Below are positions 27,711-38,058 of a DNA stretch of 64,000 nt, in pieces. Every line of letters begins with the position of its first letter. The first letter of the stretch is position 1. Under the pieces are notes generated by a model. The model did not search any database, was not told where the DNA came from, and saw only the letters and a list, made by a program, of their open reading frames with translations. The stretch comes from Felixounavirus LF110P1, in sequence record OZ035744.1, one strand, 5' to 3'. Made by a program: the position numbers and the translations under genes.

Positions 27711-28849
27711 TATTCATAATCCCTAATAACTAGCCCTACAGGGAACTGTAAAGACCCCTTACGAGTCATCTTCTGGAACTGAACCGTTAAAGGTTTCCCG
27801 ATAAACTCTTCAGGATGTTCAGCAAGATACTGTTTCTTCTCGTGTGTAGTTTTCCATGAGACATCTACAAAGACGTTAGGAAGAGTCTCTACAACGAACT
27901 TGCCATGACCACGTTTATCGGTCTTTACACCAGTCACTTTAAACTCTTCAGTGTGCATCTTCTTGTGCTTAATCAAGAAGTATGAACGGTGACCACACTC
28001 GTAGAAAGATTCTTCAGAGATTGAGCGGTACATTGCACCTTCAAACTTAGCTTCAACCCACTTATCATGAGCTTCATCAAACTCTTCCCAAGAATTTACA
28101 CGACGAGACTTAACAGGGACAACTTTACAGCCATCTCTAAAGTCATTCAATGGTGAAGTCTCAATAATATCTCTACGCTCAGGCCACGTCTTAGTACTAT
28201 CACAGATATCGTACCAGTAAAACTTAAGTAAATGTCTGTCAGGATTGTCTTCATTTTTAATCATGGAGACAATATCTTCTAAGTCCAACCCATGAGCATA
28301 GATTTCACCATCAAATTCATCAACATCTTTATGGAGCCTTAACATTGCCATAATGTCAGGTATTAGTTCAGTAGGTATTTTGTAAACAGTATTCTCACGA
28401 GAATATGCTGTAAATACACTACCAATGCTTAAGTGCCTTGAAATCCTACAACGGACACCATCAAGTTTCGGTTGAGCATCAGCAGGGAACTTCAGATACT
28501 TTGCATGGCTAACCTTTGCAGCATCATGAGCAAGTTGTACACCAACCTTCTCAGTGTTCTGTGCAGACTCTTTTGTGTAAGCATAACCTTTGCGGTCAAC
28601 TTGCTTTTTATACTTAGCAGCAACTTCAAAGAGAGCTTGCTGTTCAGCATTACGCTCATTCTTTTTACCGATGTTCTTAGTCTCTGCTGTGTACTCTTCA
28701 AACATCATCTTACCATTTTCTTTACCGTAGGTTGTGATAACTTTGTCACCTACAGAAACACATGACCAGACATTGAAAGAGCCATCTTTATTTTGTTTGT
28801 ACAGTATTGTCATTTTATTCCTCTGAGTGATACCAAGTATTGCAAGCAT
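27710..28849 (-). CDS. ATP-dependent DNA ligase
   Basis: Adenylation motif I PKLDGVR (KxDG), motif IV EGAMY, motif V FLIKHKK. Confidence 0.85.
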   Translation of the reverse strand: MLAILGITQRNKMTILYKQNKDGSFNVWSCVSVGDKVITTYGKENGKMMFEEYTAETKNIGKKNERNAEQQALFEVAAKYKKQVDRKGYAYTKESAQNTEKVGVQLAHDAAKVSHAKYLKFPADAQPKLDGVRCRISRHLSIGSVFTAYSRENTVYKIPTELIPDIMAMLRLHKDVDEFDGEIYAHGLDLEDIVSMIKNEDNPDRHLLKFYWYDICDSTKTWPERRDIIETSPLNDFRDGCKVVPVKSRRVNSWEEFDEAHDKWVEAKFEGAMYRSISEESFYECGHRSYFLIKHKKMHTEEFKVTGVKTDKRGHGKFVVETLPNVFVDVSWKTTHEKKQYLAEHPEEFIGKPLTVQFQKMTRKGSLQFPVGLVIRDYE

Positions 28850-29006
28850 TACATGCGTAAAGCTCTAAGTCATTTTTATCCGGTTTATGAAAGCAGTTTG
28901 CTCCGCAGTGGCAACGGAATGGCCTTCCACCAACTGTCAGGATGAAGGATTGAACCTTTCCATCAGGAGTTCGTACAGCATTTTTATGCTTATCTTCTTT
29001 GTTCAT
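28815..29006 (-). CDS. Small Cys-rich zinc-binding protein
   Basis: CHCGANCFHK ... CNACNTWYH; 63 aa. Confidence 0.35.
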   Translation of the reverse strand: MNKEDKHKNAVRTPDGKVQSFILTVGGRPFRCHCGANCFHKPDKNDLELYACNACNTWYHSEE

Positions 29007-29209
29007 TTTCTCTTACCACCAACCTCTACGTCGATAACTTGAACATCGCCAGCAACATCAAACTTATGAATGATGCTTTCCACAGTGTAAGTCCAACCAT
29101 CAATGCGAACCAACTCACCTTCTCGTGGGACGATTGGATTACGTTGAGCTACGGTTGTAGTGGAGTGAACAACATCATAACAATAGATATAGTTTACTAG
29201 GACTTCCAT
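29003..29209 (-). CDS. Hypothetical protein
   Basis: 68 aa ORF, coupled starts. Confidence 0.3.
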   Translation of the reverse strand: MEVLVNYIYCYDVVHSTTTVAQRNPIVPREGELVRIDGWTYTVESIIHKFDVAGDVQVIDVEVGGKRK

Positions 29210-29218
29210 ATCTTCACC

Positions 29219-29473
29219 TTAAAAGAATAAGTCAGATGCTTTTGGGTTGATTAAACTCATGCAGTTTTGAAGCATGGCTTCATTGTACCCATCTTGGCAA
29301 ACTACGTAGAGTTTATCGAAAGTTTCTTTTGATGCTGGGGAGACTGATAACTCTTGGCATACACTAAGATACCATTCGTAATCTAAGCCTCTGCTCCAAG
29401 CGTCAGCGATTAGGGATGTAGCTTTGTCTTTGCTTCTGATAACTTCATCAGACTTTTCAATTTTACTGTTCAC
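29219..29473 (-). CDS. Hypothetical protein
   Basis: 84 aa ORF (GTG start in the track). Confidence 0.3.
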   Translation of the reverse strand: MNSKIEKSDEVIRSKDKATSLIADAWSRGLDYEWYLSVCQELSVSPASKETFDKLYVVCQDGYNEAMLQNCMSLINPKASDLFF

Positions 29474-29618
29474 GATGTTCTACCTCTCTGTACGTTCGTC
29501 GATAGTTTATAATAAGCTGTGCTAACTCGTTGCTTTTAACATCTGAACGTAGCAGTTGCCAATCAAAACCTTTACCGACTCTTCCATATAAGCTAAATAA
29601 TTTTACTTTGCGTTTCAT
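29463..29618 (-). CDS. Small ORF missing from the supplied track (51 aa)
   Basis: Hand translation MKRKVKLFSLYGRVGKGFDWQLLRSDVKSNELAQLIINYRRTYREVEHREQ; GGAG RBS 6-7 nt upstream of the ATG. Confidence 0.3.
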   Translation of the reverse strand: MKRKVKLFSLYGRVGKGFDWQLLRSDVKSNELAQLIINYRRTYREVEHREQ

Positions 29619-29635
29619 TTTGGTACTCCCAATAC

Positions 29636-29848
29636 TCAGAGGCCAATACTAATACGTTCACCCTTGAGGACTCCTGTACGGTCTCTTACAATCTTACCGT
29701 CAACAATAAGGATATGCGCAGACTTTAAAGATTCACTATTAAAACCTTTTACGAACTTACTAGGCATCACCACAATAAGCATCTCTTGAATCAACTCTGG
29801 AGTGTAGCAGTTGTCGTGAAGTTGTTGGATAACGTCTGCAAGTTTCAT
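29636..29848 (-). CDS. Hypothetical protein
   Basis: 70 aa ORF. Confidence 0.3.
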   Translation of the reverse strand: MKLADVIQQLHDNCYTPELIQEMLIVVMPSKFVKGFNSESLKSAHILIVDGKIVRDRTGVLKGERISIGL

Positions 29849-29899
29849 ATAACCTCCTATATCAGATATTGTATAAGGTACTCTTCCATGAGCACCTTG

Positions 29900-30463
29900 T
29901 CAAGATAGTTTTGCAAACTCTCCGTGGAGTTTCACAGCAGCTTCACAGTAAGCTTTATGGGCTTCTTCAGGGGTGTCAAACATACCAAGATGATAGTTTT
30001 TACCTTGTAAACGAATCATTGCTCTAAATCTTACACCTATCTTCTGCACACCTTTTGGCAACCCAGATAGGGACTTTCTTGACCGATTGCAAGAGTTTTG
30101 TGAAGCTGTACAAACCCTTAAATTCAAGTACCTATTGTCCCAACCATCACCATTCTTATGGTCAACCTGTAAGGTTTTATCAGGCAGGTATCCATCCACA
30201 TATAGTATTGCTAGACGGTTAGCTTGGTAGCCTTTACCATCAAGCAATAACTGAACAGACTTGTGACCGTCTGTGTTTATCCTATAATTTCCTGCCTTTT
30301 TACCTCCAAAACGAGAGTTGAAGTTCTTATTGCCTCGTGATACCGGCTCTCTAAACTTCCAAGTAAAGACCCCTGTTTCGGGGTCGTAGTCCAATAGCTC
30401 CTTAAGACGAATTTCTGTAATCATTTCAACACCATCAATGTACTTCCAACCAGCTCTTACCAA
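29900..30463 (-). mobile_element. Free-standing HNH homing endonuclease (NUMOD4-like N-terminus, HNH core, AP2-like DNA-binding C-terminus)
   Basis: LKELLDYDPETGVFTWK (NUMOD4-like); QVDHKNGDGWDNRYLNLRVCTASQNSCNR (HNH); GVRFRAMIRLQGKNYHLGMFDTPEEAHKAY (AP2-like); start overlaps the 3' end of the polymerase gene by 29 nt. Confidence 0.7.
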
Positions 30464-33164
30464 CCTTACCTGTGCCAGTTACAAGTGTCTCACTCTTCAA
30501 ACCTAAATTCTTAGATGCCTGACCATACATCCAGTCAGTTATGGCTTTAACTTCTTGAGTCATACTTTCTGGGCATTCCCAACTGTTTTCATCGTGGTAT
30601 GCCAGCAAAAGCCTAGCACCAATTGCTGGTTTTCGTCCATTTAATTTTGTCAGTCCTTCTTCACATGCTCTTCTACAAGCAAGGTTAATTGCCTCATTTT
30701 GAATCTGAGCCTCCGAACCCATAAGCAAATAATTCAATAACTTATGTGGAGATTTGCACCACAACCAAGCTCCAGCAACTTTTACAAAGCCCCCTTTAGA
30801 GATTGCAGCAGTCTTACCAAATACCTCTTCAAGTGCCTTTTTAGTTGCTTTGTAGTCAGCTTCCAAGTCATCTAGCAGCTTTTTAATTTTAGGCAAACGA
30901 ATAAAGTAAGTCTGTTTAGTCAGCGCACCTTCCTGAGTAGTTGCAGCCTTAATCGTCTTAGCAAACTTCTCATCACCTGCACCGAACAGCAGTGCATAGA
31001 TACCATTCTTAGCTTTCTTACGACCCTTGCTAATCTCATGAAGAAGATTCTCATCCTGAGTAGCTCGACAAGTCAAGATGTCCTGCTCATCGTTCAAGTT
31101 AAAGTAAATACTGTTCAGTGTATGTGCATCAGTCCCTGAATAGACAACGTACAGGTCATTCTCAGAGTCATAGCGAAGGTACTTATCAATCTCTGGGTTG
31201 AGGTACTCATCAAAGTGTTTACAGTAATAGCGTCCATCTTCTTGACGAATGAACTCAATTTCTTCTTTACCTTGCGTTACCGCTTTGGTGAAGTCTTTAT
31301 CACCCATAAAGTTACAAAGAAGAACTAGCTGGGCTGAGTTCATATCTACAGAGACAACGTTAGTACCTTCCTCACAAATCCACACTGCCCTCATTGGTTC
31401 CCCATAGACAGCAGCACCAGATGGTACGTTTACAATACCATACTGTGTCATACGTCCAGTTGAAGTACCAAACACCATTGCACCAGCACTAAGGCGACCA
31501 TCAGGACGAATCTGGTTCAACCAACCTTTTTCATCATCCTTTGAGTTCTCAATAGTTCTGCGTCGGTGCATCAAAGTGTAGTATTTAGCAATCTTCTGTC
31601 CAAGCTCACCTTCAATCGTATCGTAAGATGATTCAGTAAGTTTTGGTGAAGTACGGATTAAGCAAGGCTCAAGCAAATCTGTGTACTTCTTCACAGACCA
31701 GTTATGCTCAATGTACTGGACGCCTTCGTGTTCAACATAACTCAAACCACACCGCTCAACCATTTCCTGCCACTTAGGATGCTTTGTAATCATCTTTTTA
31801 TTGTCTTTGAAACGACAAACTTTGACAGGGCGACCATCAGAGTCTTTCTTGTAGTTCCAGTCATCTGGAATCCAACCAACTGATTTCAAGTAGTCTTTAA
31901 CAACTGCTACCTGAGTCATACGAGAAACTTCAAACTCAATTGGTGTATATGGTGCATCAATCAAACCTGTGTAGCGACTTGACTCAAGTTCAAAGTGGTT
32001 AACAACGTGGCTGTTATAGTACTTCACAGTTTTGACTGTTTTTACTGGCTTCCAGTCTTTGCATTTCTTGCCAATCTTTGCGTTCAACTCATTGCAAATT
32101 GCACGAGCATCCTTCATTGCTACAAAGCCTTCCTTGTACTCTTCACCAGTTACAGTGTTGGTTGGTGTATAGCAATTCCTTTTTTCAATGTTAAAAATCT
32201 TTGTAGTTGGCTTACCAAATGGTTTGATTTCGTATGTCTGCATCTCGCCATTACGTACCTGCTGACGATACTTTGTCTTAGGGTACTTGGTAATTCTTTT
32301 CAGTCCATCTGCATGACCAAATGTTTCAACATACTCATTCCAAGCTTTTGCAAACTCTTCTCCAGTGACTTTACCTTTGGTCTTAATAGTTGGAGGTAGA
32401 TGTGGTTCAACCTCTGAAGCAAGCTCATTAGTCAACTTGTCAAGTTCCTTTACATGGAACTCCATAAGCTCTTTATCAGCTTTCCAACCATTGATAGCTT
32501 GTTGACTCATCCAGAAAGATGTTTCTTTAGCTCGCATGTAGGTTTCATAAGTGTCTATGCCACACTTCTTAAGCTTGAGATACTCATTATCAAGTGCCCG
32601 TTTAGTTTTGGCGTTAATACGGATATCTTCTACAACACGAGTGAAGATTTCTGCATTCCACACACCCCAATGTTCAATCTCTGGTTTACGAACACCGACA
32701 CGAGCACCCCATGCAGCCAAACCATGAGCACCTTTATAACCCTTTGGAGTTGGTCTATCCATCCACTGAACACGAGACTGGATAAGAGAATCCTGAAAGA
32801 AATTACTCCACGGTTTACACTTTGGATTATCAAAGTTCCATAAATCGGGTGCAATGTGATTGAAAACCCACCAGTCATAACCAAGACCATTATGAATGCA
32901 AAGACGTTTTGCCTTTAACGCAAACTCAATACCTTCACGTAAGCCACCCTTAATGTACTTGGTATACTTGTGACCGAGGATAGGCTCATCTGTAAAGACC
33001 CATACAGGTGGCTCTTCATCGTCAGATTTATAGTCTGCGAAAGCCATTACGTGCACTTTAGTGAACTCAAGGAGTAAACCATCAGTTTCTGTATCACCAA
33101 CTAAATGTAAGTTTTTAAAATCTACGTTTTCCATTTTTACTCCCTCTAAAATCATTAACCTCAT
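30435..33164 (-). CDS. DNA polymerase, family A, with 3'-5' exonuclease domain
   Basis: Exo I motif VGDTETDG; VVSVDMNSAQLVLL (motif A-like), KNGIYALLFGAG (motif B-like), LLAYHDENSWE (motif C HDE). Confidence 0.85.
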   Translation of the reverse strand: MRLMILEGVKMENVDFKNLHLVGDTETDGLLLEFTKVHVMAFADYKSDDEEPPVWVFTDEPILGHKYTKYIKGGLREGIEFALKAKRLCIHNGLGYDWWVFNHIAPDLWNFDNPKCKPWSNFFQDSLIQSRVQWMDRPTPKGYKGAHGLAAWGARVGVRKPEIEHWGVWNAEIFTRVVEDIRINAKTKRALDNEYLKLKKCGIDTYETYMRAKETSFWMSQQAINGWKADKELMEFHVKELDKLTNELASEVEPHLPPTIKTKGKVTGEEFAKAWNEYVETFGHADGLKRITKYPKTKYRQQVRNGEMQTYEIKPFGKPTTKIFNIEKRNCYTPTNTVTGEEYKEGFVAMKDARAICNELNAKIGKKCKDWKPVKTVKTVKYYNSHVVNHFELESSRYTGLIDAPYTPIEFEVSRMTQVAVVKDYLKSVGWIPDDWNYKKDSDGRPVKVCRFKDNKKMITKHPKWQEMVERCGLSYVEHEGVQYIEHNWSVKKYTDLLEPCLIRTSPKLTESSYDTIEGELGQKIAKYYTLMHRRRTIENSKDDEKGWLNQIRPDGRLSAGAMVFGTSTGRMTQYGIVNVPSGAAVYGEPMRAVWICEEGTNVVSVDMNSAQLVLLCNFMGDKDFTKAVTQGKEEIEFIRQEDGRYYCKHFDEYLNPEIDKYLRYDSENDLYVVYSGTDAHTLNSIYFNLNDEQDILTCRATQDENLLHEISKGRKKAKNGIYALLFGAGDEKFAKTIKAATTQEGALTKQTYFIRLPKIKKLLDDLEADYKATKKALEEVFGKTAAISKGGFVKVAGAWLWCKSPHKLLNYLLMGSEAQIQNEAINLACRRACEEGLTKLNGRKPAIGARLLLAYHDENSWECPESMTQEVKAITDWMYGQASKNLGLKSETLVTGTGKVGKSWLEVH

Positions 33165-33194
33165 ACATTACTGCAAAAAATTATAAAAAGCAAG

Positions 33195-33223
33195 TTGACA
33201 ATGCACTTGACAAGGTGTTAATC
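33195..33223 (+). promoter_or_regulatory. Candidate sigma70-like promoter(s) in the divergent control region (two overlapping TTGACA boxes)
   Basis: TTGACA at 33195-33200 and 33207-33212; weak -10 TTAATC/TAATCT at 33218-33224; AT-rich region follows. Confidence 0.35.
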
Positions 33224-33330
33224 TTTGCGAAGTGGGTTTTTACTTAAAAGGTTACTTAACAGTTTAACTATACAGATACTTTAAATCTCTTAAAAGATTA
33301 TTTAATAGCTTTTAAAAAGCTTTAAAGTAT

Positions 33331-33347
33331 AACGTATAGAATACGTT
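33331..33347. promoter_or_regulatory. Palindromic candidate operator AACGTAT-aga-ATACGTT
   Basis: 7-bp inverted arms with 3-bp spacer in the AT-rich region between the polymerase and the first plus-strand gene. Confidence 0.3.
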
Positions 33348-33391
33348 AAGATAAAAGATTAAAACTTAATAGTTACTTAAAAGAGGCTTAC

Positions 33392-33814
33392 ATGCAGAAA
33401 ATGTTTGTTCACCCAGACATAGCTGACTTTGTTAGAGCTTTGCAGAAGTTGGAAGAACTTGACATTGCTGCTCAACGGGAATATGCTCACCATCACAGGA
33501 GAATGGTTGATATACAACATGAAATAGAGTTGTCTGAAAACTATGAAGATGACTTAAAATGCTCTGTATTTGAGCATATGAAAGATGTTGCTACAGCAAG
33601 ACGTAAAGCTAAAGACACAGTTGCTTTACTAGATTCTCTTAAAAAGAGGTTGCAAAGTGGTACAGACCTGTGTAATCTAGCGTCACTGATTAACGATGTT
33701 GAAACTTCTTGGGATAGGCACTATTATCCACGTTCTGAAAAGACACTTGACTTTTCTTCATCAGAAAACTTAAAATGTTCTAGAAAGAAACTTAACCAAC
33801 TGAGAGAGAAATAA
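33392..33814 (+). CDS. Hypothetical early protein
   Basis: 140 aa ORF; AAGAGG RBS upstream. Confidence 0.4.
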   Translation: MQKMFVHPDIADFVRALQKLEELDIAAQREYAHHHRRMVDIQHEIELSENYEDDLKCSVFEHMKDVATARRKAKDTVALLDSLKKRLQSGTDLCNLASLINDVETSWDRHYYPRSEKTLDFSSSENLKCSRKKLNQLREK

Positions 33815-33815
33815 T

Positions 33816-34628
33816 ATGAATATCAATGTGGAACAGATGCTTGAAGAGAAAGGTGTTGATGAAGCATTCTTAATCAATGCCGTAGAAAGCATGGCTATGA
33901 TTCTTCGTGGAAATAACTACACAGAACAGTTTATGCCTGCAAGCTACAACTTACCTGAAGACAAGTCTGATAGTAGTGCTTTTGCAGAGCAGGTTAATAT
34001 GATGCTGTGTGACAAAACGCTTGCTTTAGCATCTATCGTTGTAGGTGTCGATGCTCTTGCAGAGTTCATTTTTTATGAGATGCAGAAAAATGACTATATT
34101 GCCATGACATCTGAAGAAAAAGACTCGCTGCTGCTCTTAGATAATGATGAGCTAGTTGGCCTGTTAATTTCTTCAACGAGTGCTGTTATGGCTGCTCTTG
34201 AGAAGCGTATGAATGAGAAGTTGTCACGGTATGAAAAACTTGATTGGGGCGTAGAAGAATTAAACCCACGAATCAAAGAGATTATCCAGCAAACCAAAGC
34301 TTCTTTGGAAGAAGCTGTGAAAGATGATTATGTAGCTGGCATAGAACCACTACAGGTGAAAGTTGCATTGATGATGCCAGCTATCTCTACGATGATGAAT
34401 ATCGTTGCATTAATCCAGCTTTCACAGATGATGGGTACAACCATCGAGTTCATTGAGAGTATGACTGGTGGTGTCAGTATGCAAGCAATCAATGATGTTT
34501 TGGTGAGCATTGGAGCTTCAATCATTGAAGAGAAACTGCGCATTAACTTTGGTGACGATTTTGTGAAGCAAATCGCAGCTATGGCTGAAAAAGAACACTC
34601 ACAGATTACCACTGAACAACTGCACTGA
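33816..34628 (+). CDS. Hypothetical early protein
   Basis: 270 aa helical protein; coupled to the upstream ORF. Confidence 0.4.
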   Translation: MNINVEQMLEEKGVDEAFLINAVESMAMILRGNNYTEQFMPASYNLPEDKSDSSAFAEQVNMMLCDKTLALASIVVGVDALAEFIFYEMQKNDYIAMTSEEKDSLLLLDNDELVGLLISSTSAVMAALEKRMNEKLSRYEKLDWGVEELNPRIKEIIQQTKASLEEAVKDDYVAGIEPLQVKVALMMPAISTMMNIVALIQLSQMMGTTIEFIESMTGGVSMQAINDVLVSIGASIIEEKLRINFGDDFVKQIAAMAEKEHSQITTEQLH

Positions 34629-34689
34629 GTTTTTATAAATATTACAAGCCTCCTTAGTTGGGGGCTTTTTAGTAATTAAGGGAGATAGA

Positions 34690-35433
34690 ATGAGTAATAT
34701 TATCGCATTTACTGGAAAGGCACGCTCTGGAAAAGACACCTCATGTTCTATTGTGAAGAACATCTTAGAGGATGAGTACGGCTACAATGTTGCTGTAATG
34801 GCCTTTGCAGACAACCTTAAAATGTCTGCATCAAAGATATTTGACCTGACTTGGAATGACCTGTATGGTGAAACTAAAGAGACTCCACAGGTATTTGACT
34901 TATCATATCCTGAACTGATGTTTAAAGTTACGGAAGCTATGGAGTTCACCTTCAGAGATGAACGTTACCATATGGACTTCAAGCTTATGTCAGAGTTAAC
35001 CGGACGATTAATCATGGAGCTTAAGAAGGTTGCTAAACCTACCCTATTAACACGTCTGGGATTTAGTAAAAAGTATAAATTCTCATCAAGACAAATTCAA
35101 CAGATTTGGGGTACTGAAGTTGTCCGTAAAGTAATGGGCGACAAGTTCTGGTCTAAAGACCTTGAAAAAAGAATGGTTAGATTCCATGAAATGTGCTCAC
35201 TTAGAAATCAATATGGTTTTGTCTTAATCAGTGATTTAAGATTTGACTCTGAAGCTGAATGGCTGAGTAGATTTGCACACCAAACTATTGAAGTAAAAAG
35301 AGACAATGTGGACAAAGTTTCATCACATGTTTCAGAAAATGGGATTTCTACAAAATATGAGCGTGACATTATTCATAATAATGGTACTCTTGCAGACCTT
35401 GAGAACAAGCTAAGAGCCATCATTAAAGTTTAA
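34690..35433 (+). CDS. Deoxynucleoside monophosphate kinase-like protein
   Basis: N-terminal IIAFTGKARSGKDT P-loop resembling the T4 gp1 dNMP kinase start (GVKRSGKDT); 247 aa. Confidence 0.65.
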   Translation: MSNIIAFTGKARSGKDTSCSIVKNILEDEYGYNVAVMAFADNLKMSASKIFDLTWNDLYGETKETPQVFDLSYPELMFKVTEAMEFTFRDERYHMDFKLMSELTGRLIMELKKVAKPTLLTRLGFSKKYKFSSRQIQQIWGTEVVRKVMGDKFWSKDLEKRMVRFHEMCSLRNQYGFVLISDLRFDSEAEWLSRFAHQTIEVKRDNVDKVSSHVSENGISTKYERDIIHNNGTLADLENKLRAIIKV

Positions 35434-35441
35434 AAGAGAGA

Positions 35442-35642
35442 ATGAAGATGAGAGTAAAAGACAATTTTAAAGTTATTGACCACCGTTTAGTGGAACTCTC
35501 ATCTCTTTCCAATGAGGTAATGATTGAACGTCTTAAGAGAGTTGAATCACGAAGGAAAGAGATTGCAGATGAAATTCATGAACTGGACAAGATTGAAAAT
35601 GGATTGAAGGCAGAACTACAACGAAGAGGTGCTAATGTCTAA
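35442..35642 (+). CDS. Small coiled-coil protein
   Basis: 66 aa. Confidence 0.3.
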   Translation: MKMRVKDNFKVIDHRLVELSSLSNEVMIERLKRVESRRKEIADEIHELDKIENGLKAELQRRGANV

Positions 35643-37620
35643 AGGTCGTAAATTGAAAGAGGCTGGTCAGTTTGTTGGTCATTGCGCATGTCCACGTTGT
35701 GGTTCATCAGATGCTGGTTCAATCTATCATCATGACGATGATTCTTATTCAATGACTTGCTTTAGTTGTAACAAAGGTTTCCCAGAGTGGGATTTTGATA
35801 AAGGACAAATCGTGAGCACTTATTCTACTGGTTCAGACAATAAAAACCGTACTTTCCGTGGAATGGATTTAGACGATGTAAAAGAAAACCTAGAAGCAAT
35901 GGACTTGAAAGATAGGAAGATTCCTGCAAAAGTCCTTGAACGCTTAGGTATCAAGGTTGACATTGACAGTGATGGTGAAATTGACGCGCATTTCTATCCA
36001 ACTTACAAACGTAATGAAGATGGTAAGCTAGAGCACGTTGGCTACCGTGTTCGTCACCGTTACCCAGAAGACCATCCAAAAGAACACCTACGAGGTAAGT
36101 TAAAAGACTTTTCTGGTGGTGTTGGAGACATTAAAGGTGAACTGGCAATGTTCGGTTCATGGATTGCTCCAGAAGGTGGTAACCGTCTATTCATCTGGGA
36201 AGGTGAGATGGAATGTGCGACAGCAATCTATATGACTTCTCTTGCGATTAAGGATAAATCTCGTCGTAAGAATTACTGTCACGTATCTGTTCCATCAGGT
36301 GCAAACATCAAGTCTATCAAAGATAACTATCAGTACATTACATCATTTGATGAGATTTACTTGTGCTTTGATAACGATGAAGCAGGTGCTAAAGCCACTA
36401 AAGAGGCTGCTGGTATCCTACCTATTGAGAAGGTTCGTTTATTCCAGTATCCAGAAGGCGTAAAAGACCTTAACGAGTGGTGGACAAAGTTCTATAAAGA
36501 GAAAGACACAGTTCTGGAAGGATTTAAGCAGCGTATCTACAATGCACCTCGTTACTGTCCTGCTGGTATCAAGAACTTTGCAGATGGTTTTGAGGCAATG
36601 AAGAATCGTGGTCAGATTCCATTGATTCCTTTCCCAGAATCTTTCGGAGATTTGAACAGGCTGACTTATGGTGGTTACGGTTTAGGTGAGATTACAACTA
36701 TTGCAGCACCATCTTCAGTAGGTAAGTCAGCTTACACTCGTGAGATGATTTATTCAGCTTGGAAAGAAACTGATTATAATATCGGTGTAATTCCTGTAGA
36801 AGATACCTATGAAGAGTTGATGGAGATGCTCTGTGCAATCCACCTGAGCAAGCAGATTTCTGAGATTCCTTATGACGAACGTGATTGGGATGAATTGAAG
36901 AAGGCACACGCAGAACTGTCTAAGGGTCGTCGTATCCACATCGTTGACCATCAAGGGGCAATTGACCAAGATAACTTGCTGGAGTTTGTTGACTATCTTG
37001 TTAACAGCTTAGACTGTAAGATTATTATTCTTGACCCTATTACGTTGGCTCTGTCACGTTCAGATACGGATGAAGAGGAAGTTTTATCTGAGCTATTGCG
37101 TCGTTGCAAACGCTACCAGTATGCACAGGTGAACGTCTGTCACGTTCGTAAGAGTGCAGGTGGTCAGAAGGCTAACTCCGAAGGTGGAGATATCTCTGAA
37201 GAGGATATTAAAGGTTCTGGTGCGTATTTCCAGATTTCTATGAACAACATTCTATTAATGCGTAACAAGGTTGACCCAGACCCTGTTAAGAAAAACTTGA
37301 CAAAAATCAAGTTAACTAAATGCCGTCGTCATGGTAAGTCAACAGGTATTGCTGGTCATACTTGGTACAATCCAGATACAGGACGTCTCATTAAAGCCTC
37401 TGGTTGTGGAGTTGACATTGATGGTGCAGCAGAAAATATTCGCCAACAGTTTGGTATTGGTGAAGCTGAAGACCATTACGATGACTCTTTGCCACATTAT
37501 GAGGATGAAGTGTTTGACCGTGAGACTGGTGAAGTCTATACTGAAGAGCAGCGTCAAAGCTCAACGATTCCACCTGTATTAAGTGAGGATGCAGATGACT
37601 GCCCGTTCGAAACTGAGTGA
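35629..37620 (+). CDS. Bifunctional primase-helicase (T7 gp4-like: zinc ribbon, TOPRIM, DnaB-family helicase)
   Basis: Cys4 zinc ribbon CACPRCG...CFSCNKG; TOPRIM acidic motifs FIWEGEME and FDNDEAG; Walker A APSSVGKSAY. Confidence 0.85.
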   Translation: MLMSKGRKLKEAGQFVGHCACPRCGSSDAGSIYHHDDDSYSMTCFSCNKGFPEWDFDKGQIVSTYSTGSDNKNRTFRGMDLDDVKENLEAMDLKDRKIPAKVLERLGIKVDIDSDGEIDAHFYPTYKRNEDGKLEHVGYRVRHRYPEDHPKEHLRGKLKDFSGGVGDIKGELAMFGSWIAPEGGNRLFIWEGEMECATAIYMTSLAIKDKSRRKNYCHVSVPSGANIKSIKDNYQYITSFDEIYLCFDNDEAGAKATKEAAGILPIEKVRLFQYPEGVKDLNEWWTKFYKEKDTVLEGFKQRIYNAPRYCPAGIKNFADGFEAMKNRGQIPLIPFPESFGDLNRLTYGGYGLGEITTIAAPSSVGKSAYTREMIYSAWKETDYNIGVIPVEDTYEELMEMLCAIHLSKQISEIPYDERDWDELKKAHAELSKGRRIHIVDHQGAIDQDNLLEFVDYLVNSLDCKIIILDPITLALSRSDTDEEEVLSELLRRCKRYQYAQVNVCHVRKSAGGQKANSEGGDISEEDIKGSGAYFQISMNNILLMRNKVDPDPVKKNLTKIKLTKCRRHGKSTGIAGHTWYNPDTGRLIKASGCGVDIDGAAENIRQQFGIGEAEDHYDDSLPHYEDEVFDRETGEVYTEEQRQSSTIPPVLSEDADDCPFETE

Positions 37621-38029
37621 TAGCTATAAAAGAGAGGGGTTCACACCCTTATTTGAAGAAAAAAGTTTAAATAAATTTCATGAAGAGTGTTTGACAAAGA
37701 TTGATAGGTTCTATAGAATGCTCCACATGAAATGCGATGGAGAAGTTGAAATAGAACAGCAGTTCCATCAAAGTATGATTACAGTCATCATTACACTGCC
37801 TCAGCATAATATTGGTTGGCTGTTTATAATGAAAGAAAATGTGTTTGAATATCAAGTATATCGGAGAATATCATGAAACACTCTAAAGCATTTGAAAAAG
37901 TTTTTGGGGATTCCTTAAAAGCCACTGCTGGAAAACCAGCAAAATACTATGAAGAAAAACGTGTAAGAACTGGAAAAACTGCACGTAAAGCAGCTTCTAA
38001 AGATAAGCACAACTTCCAGTAATTAGTAT

Positions 38030-38058
38030 TTGACAATAGAGTATCAACAAATTAGAAT
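38030..38058 (+). promoter_or_regulatory. Sigma70-like promoter TTGACA-17-TAGAAT
   Basis: TTGACA at 38030-38035, 17-bp spacer, TAGAAT at 38053-38058, ~35 nt upstream of the SSB-like gene. Confidence 0.55.
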
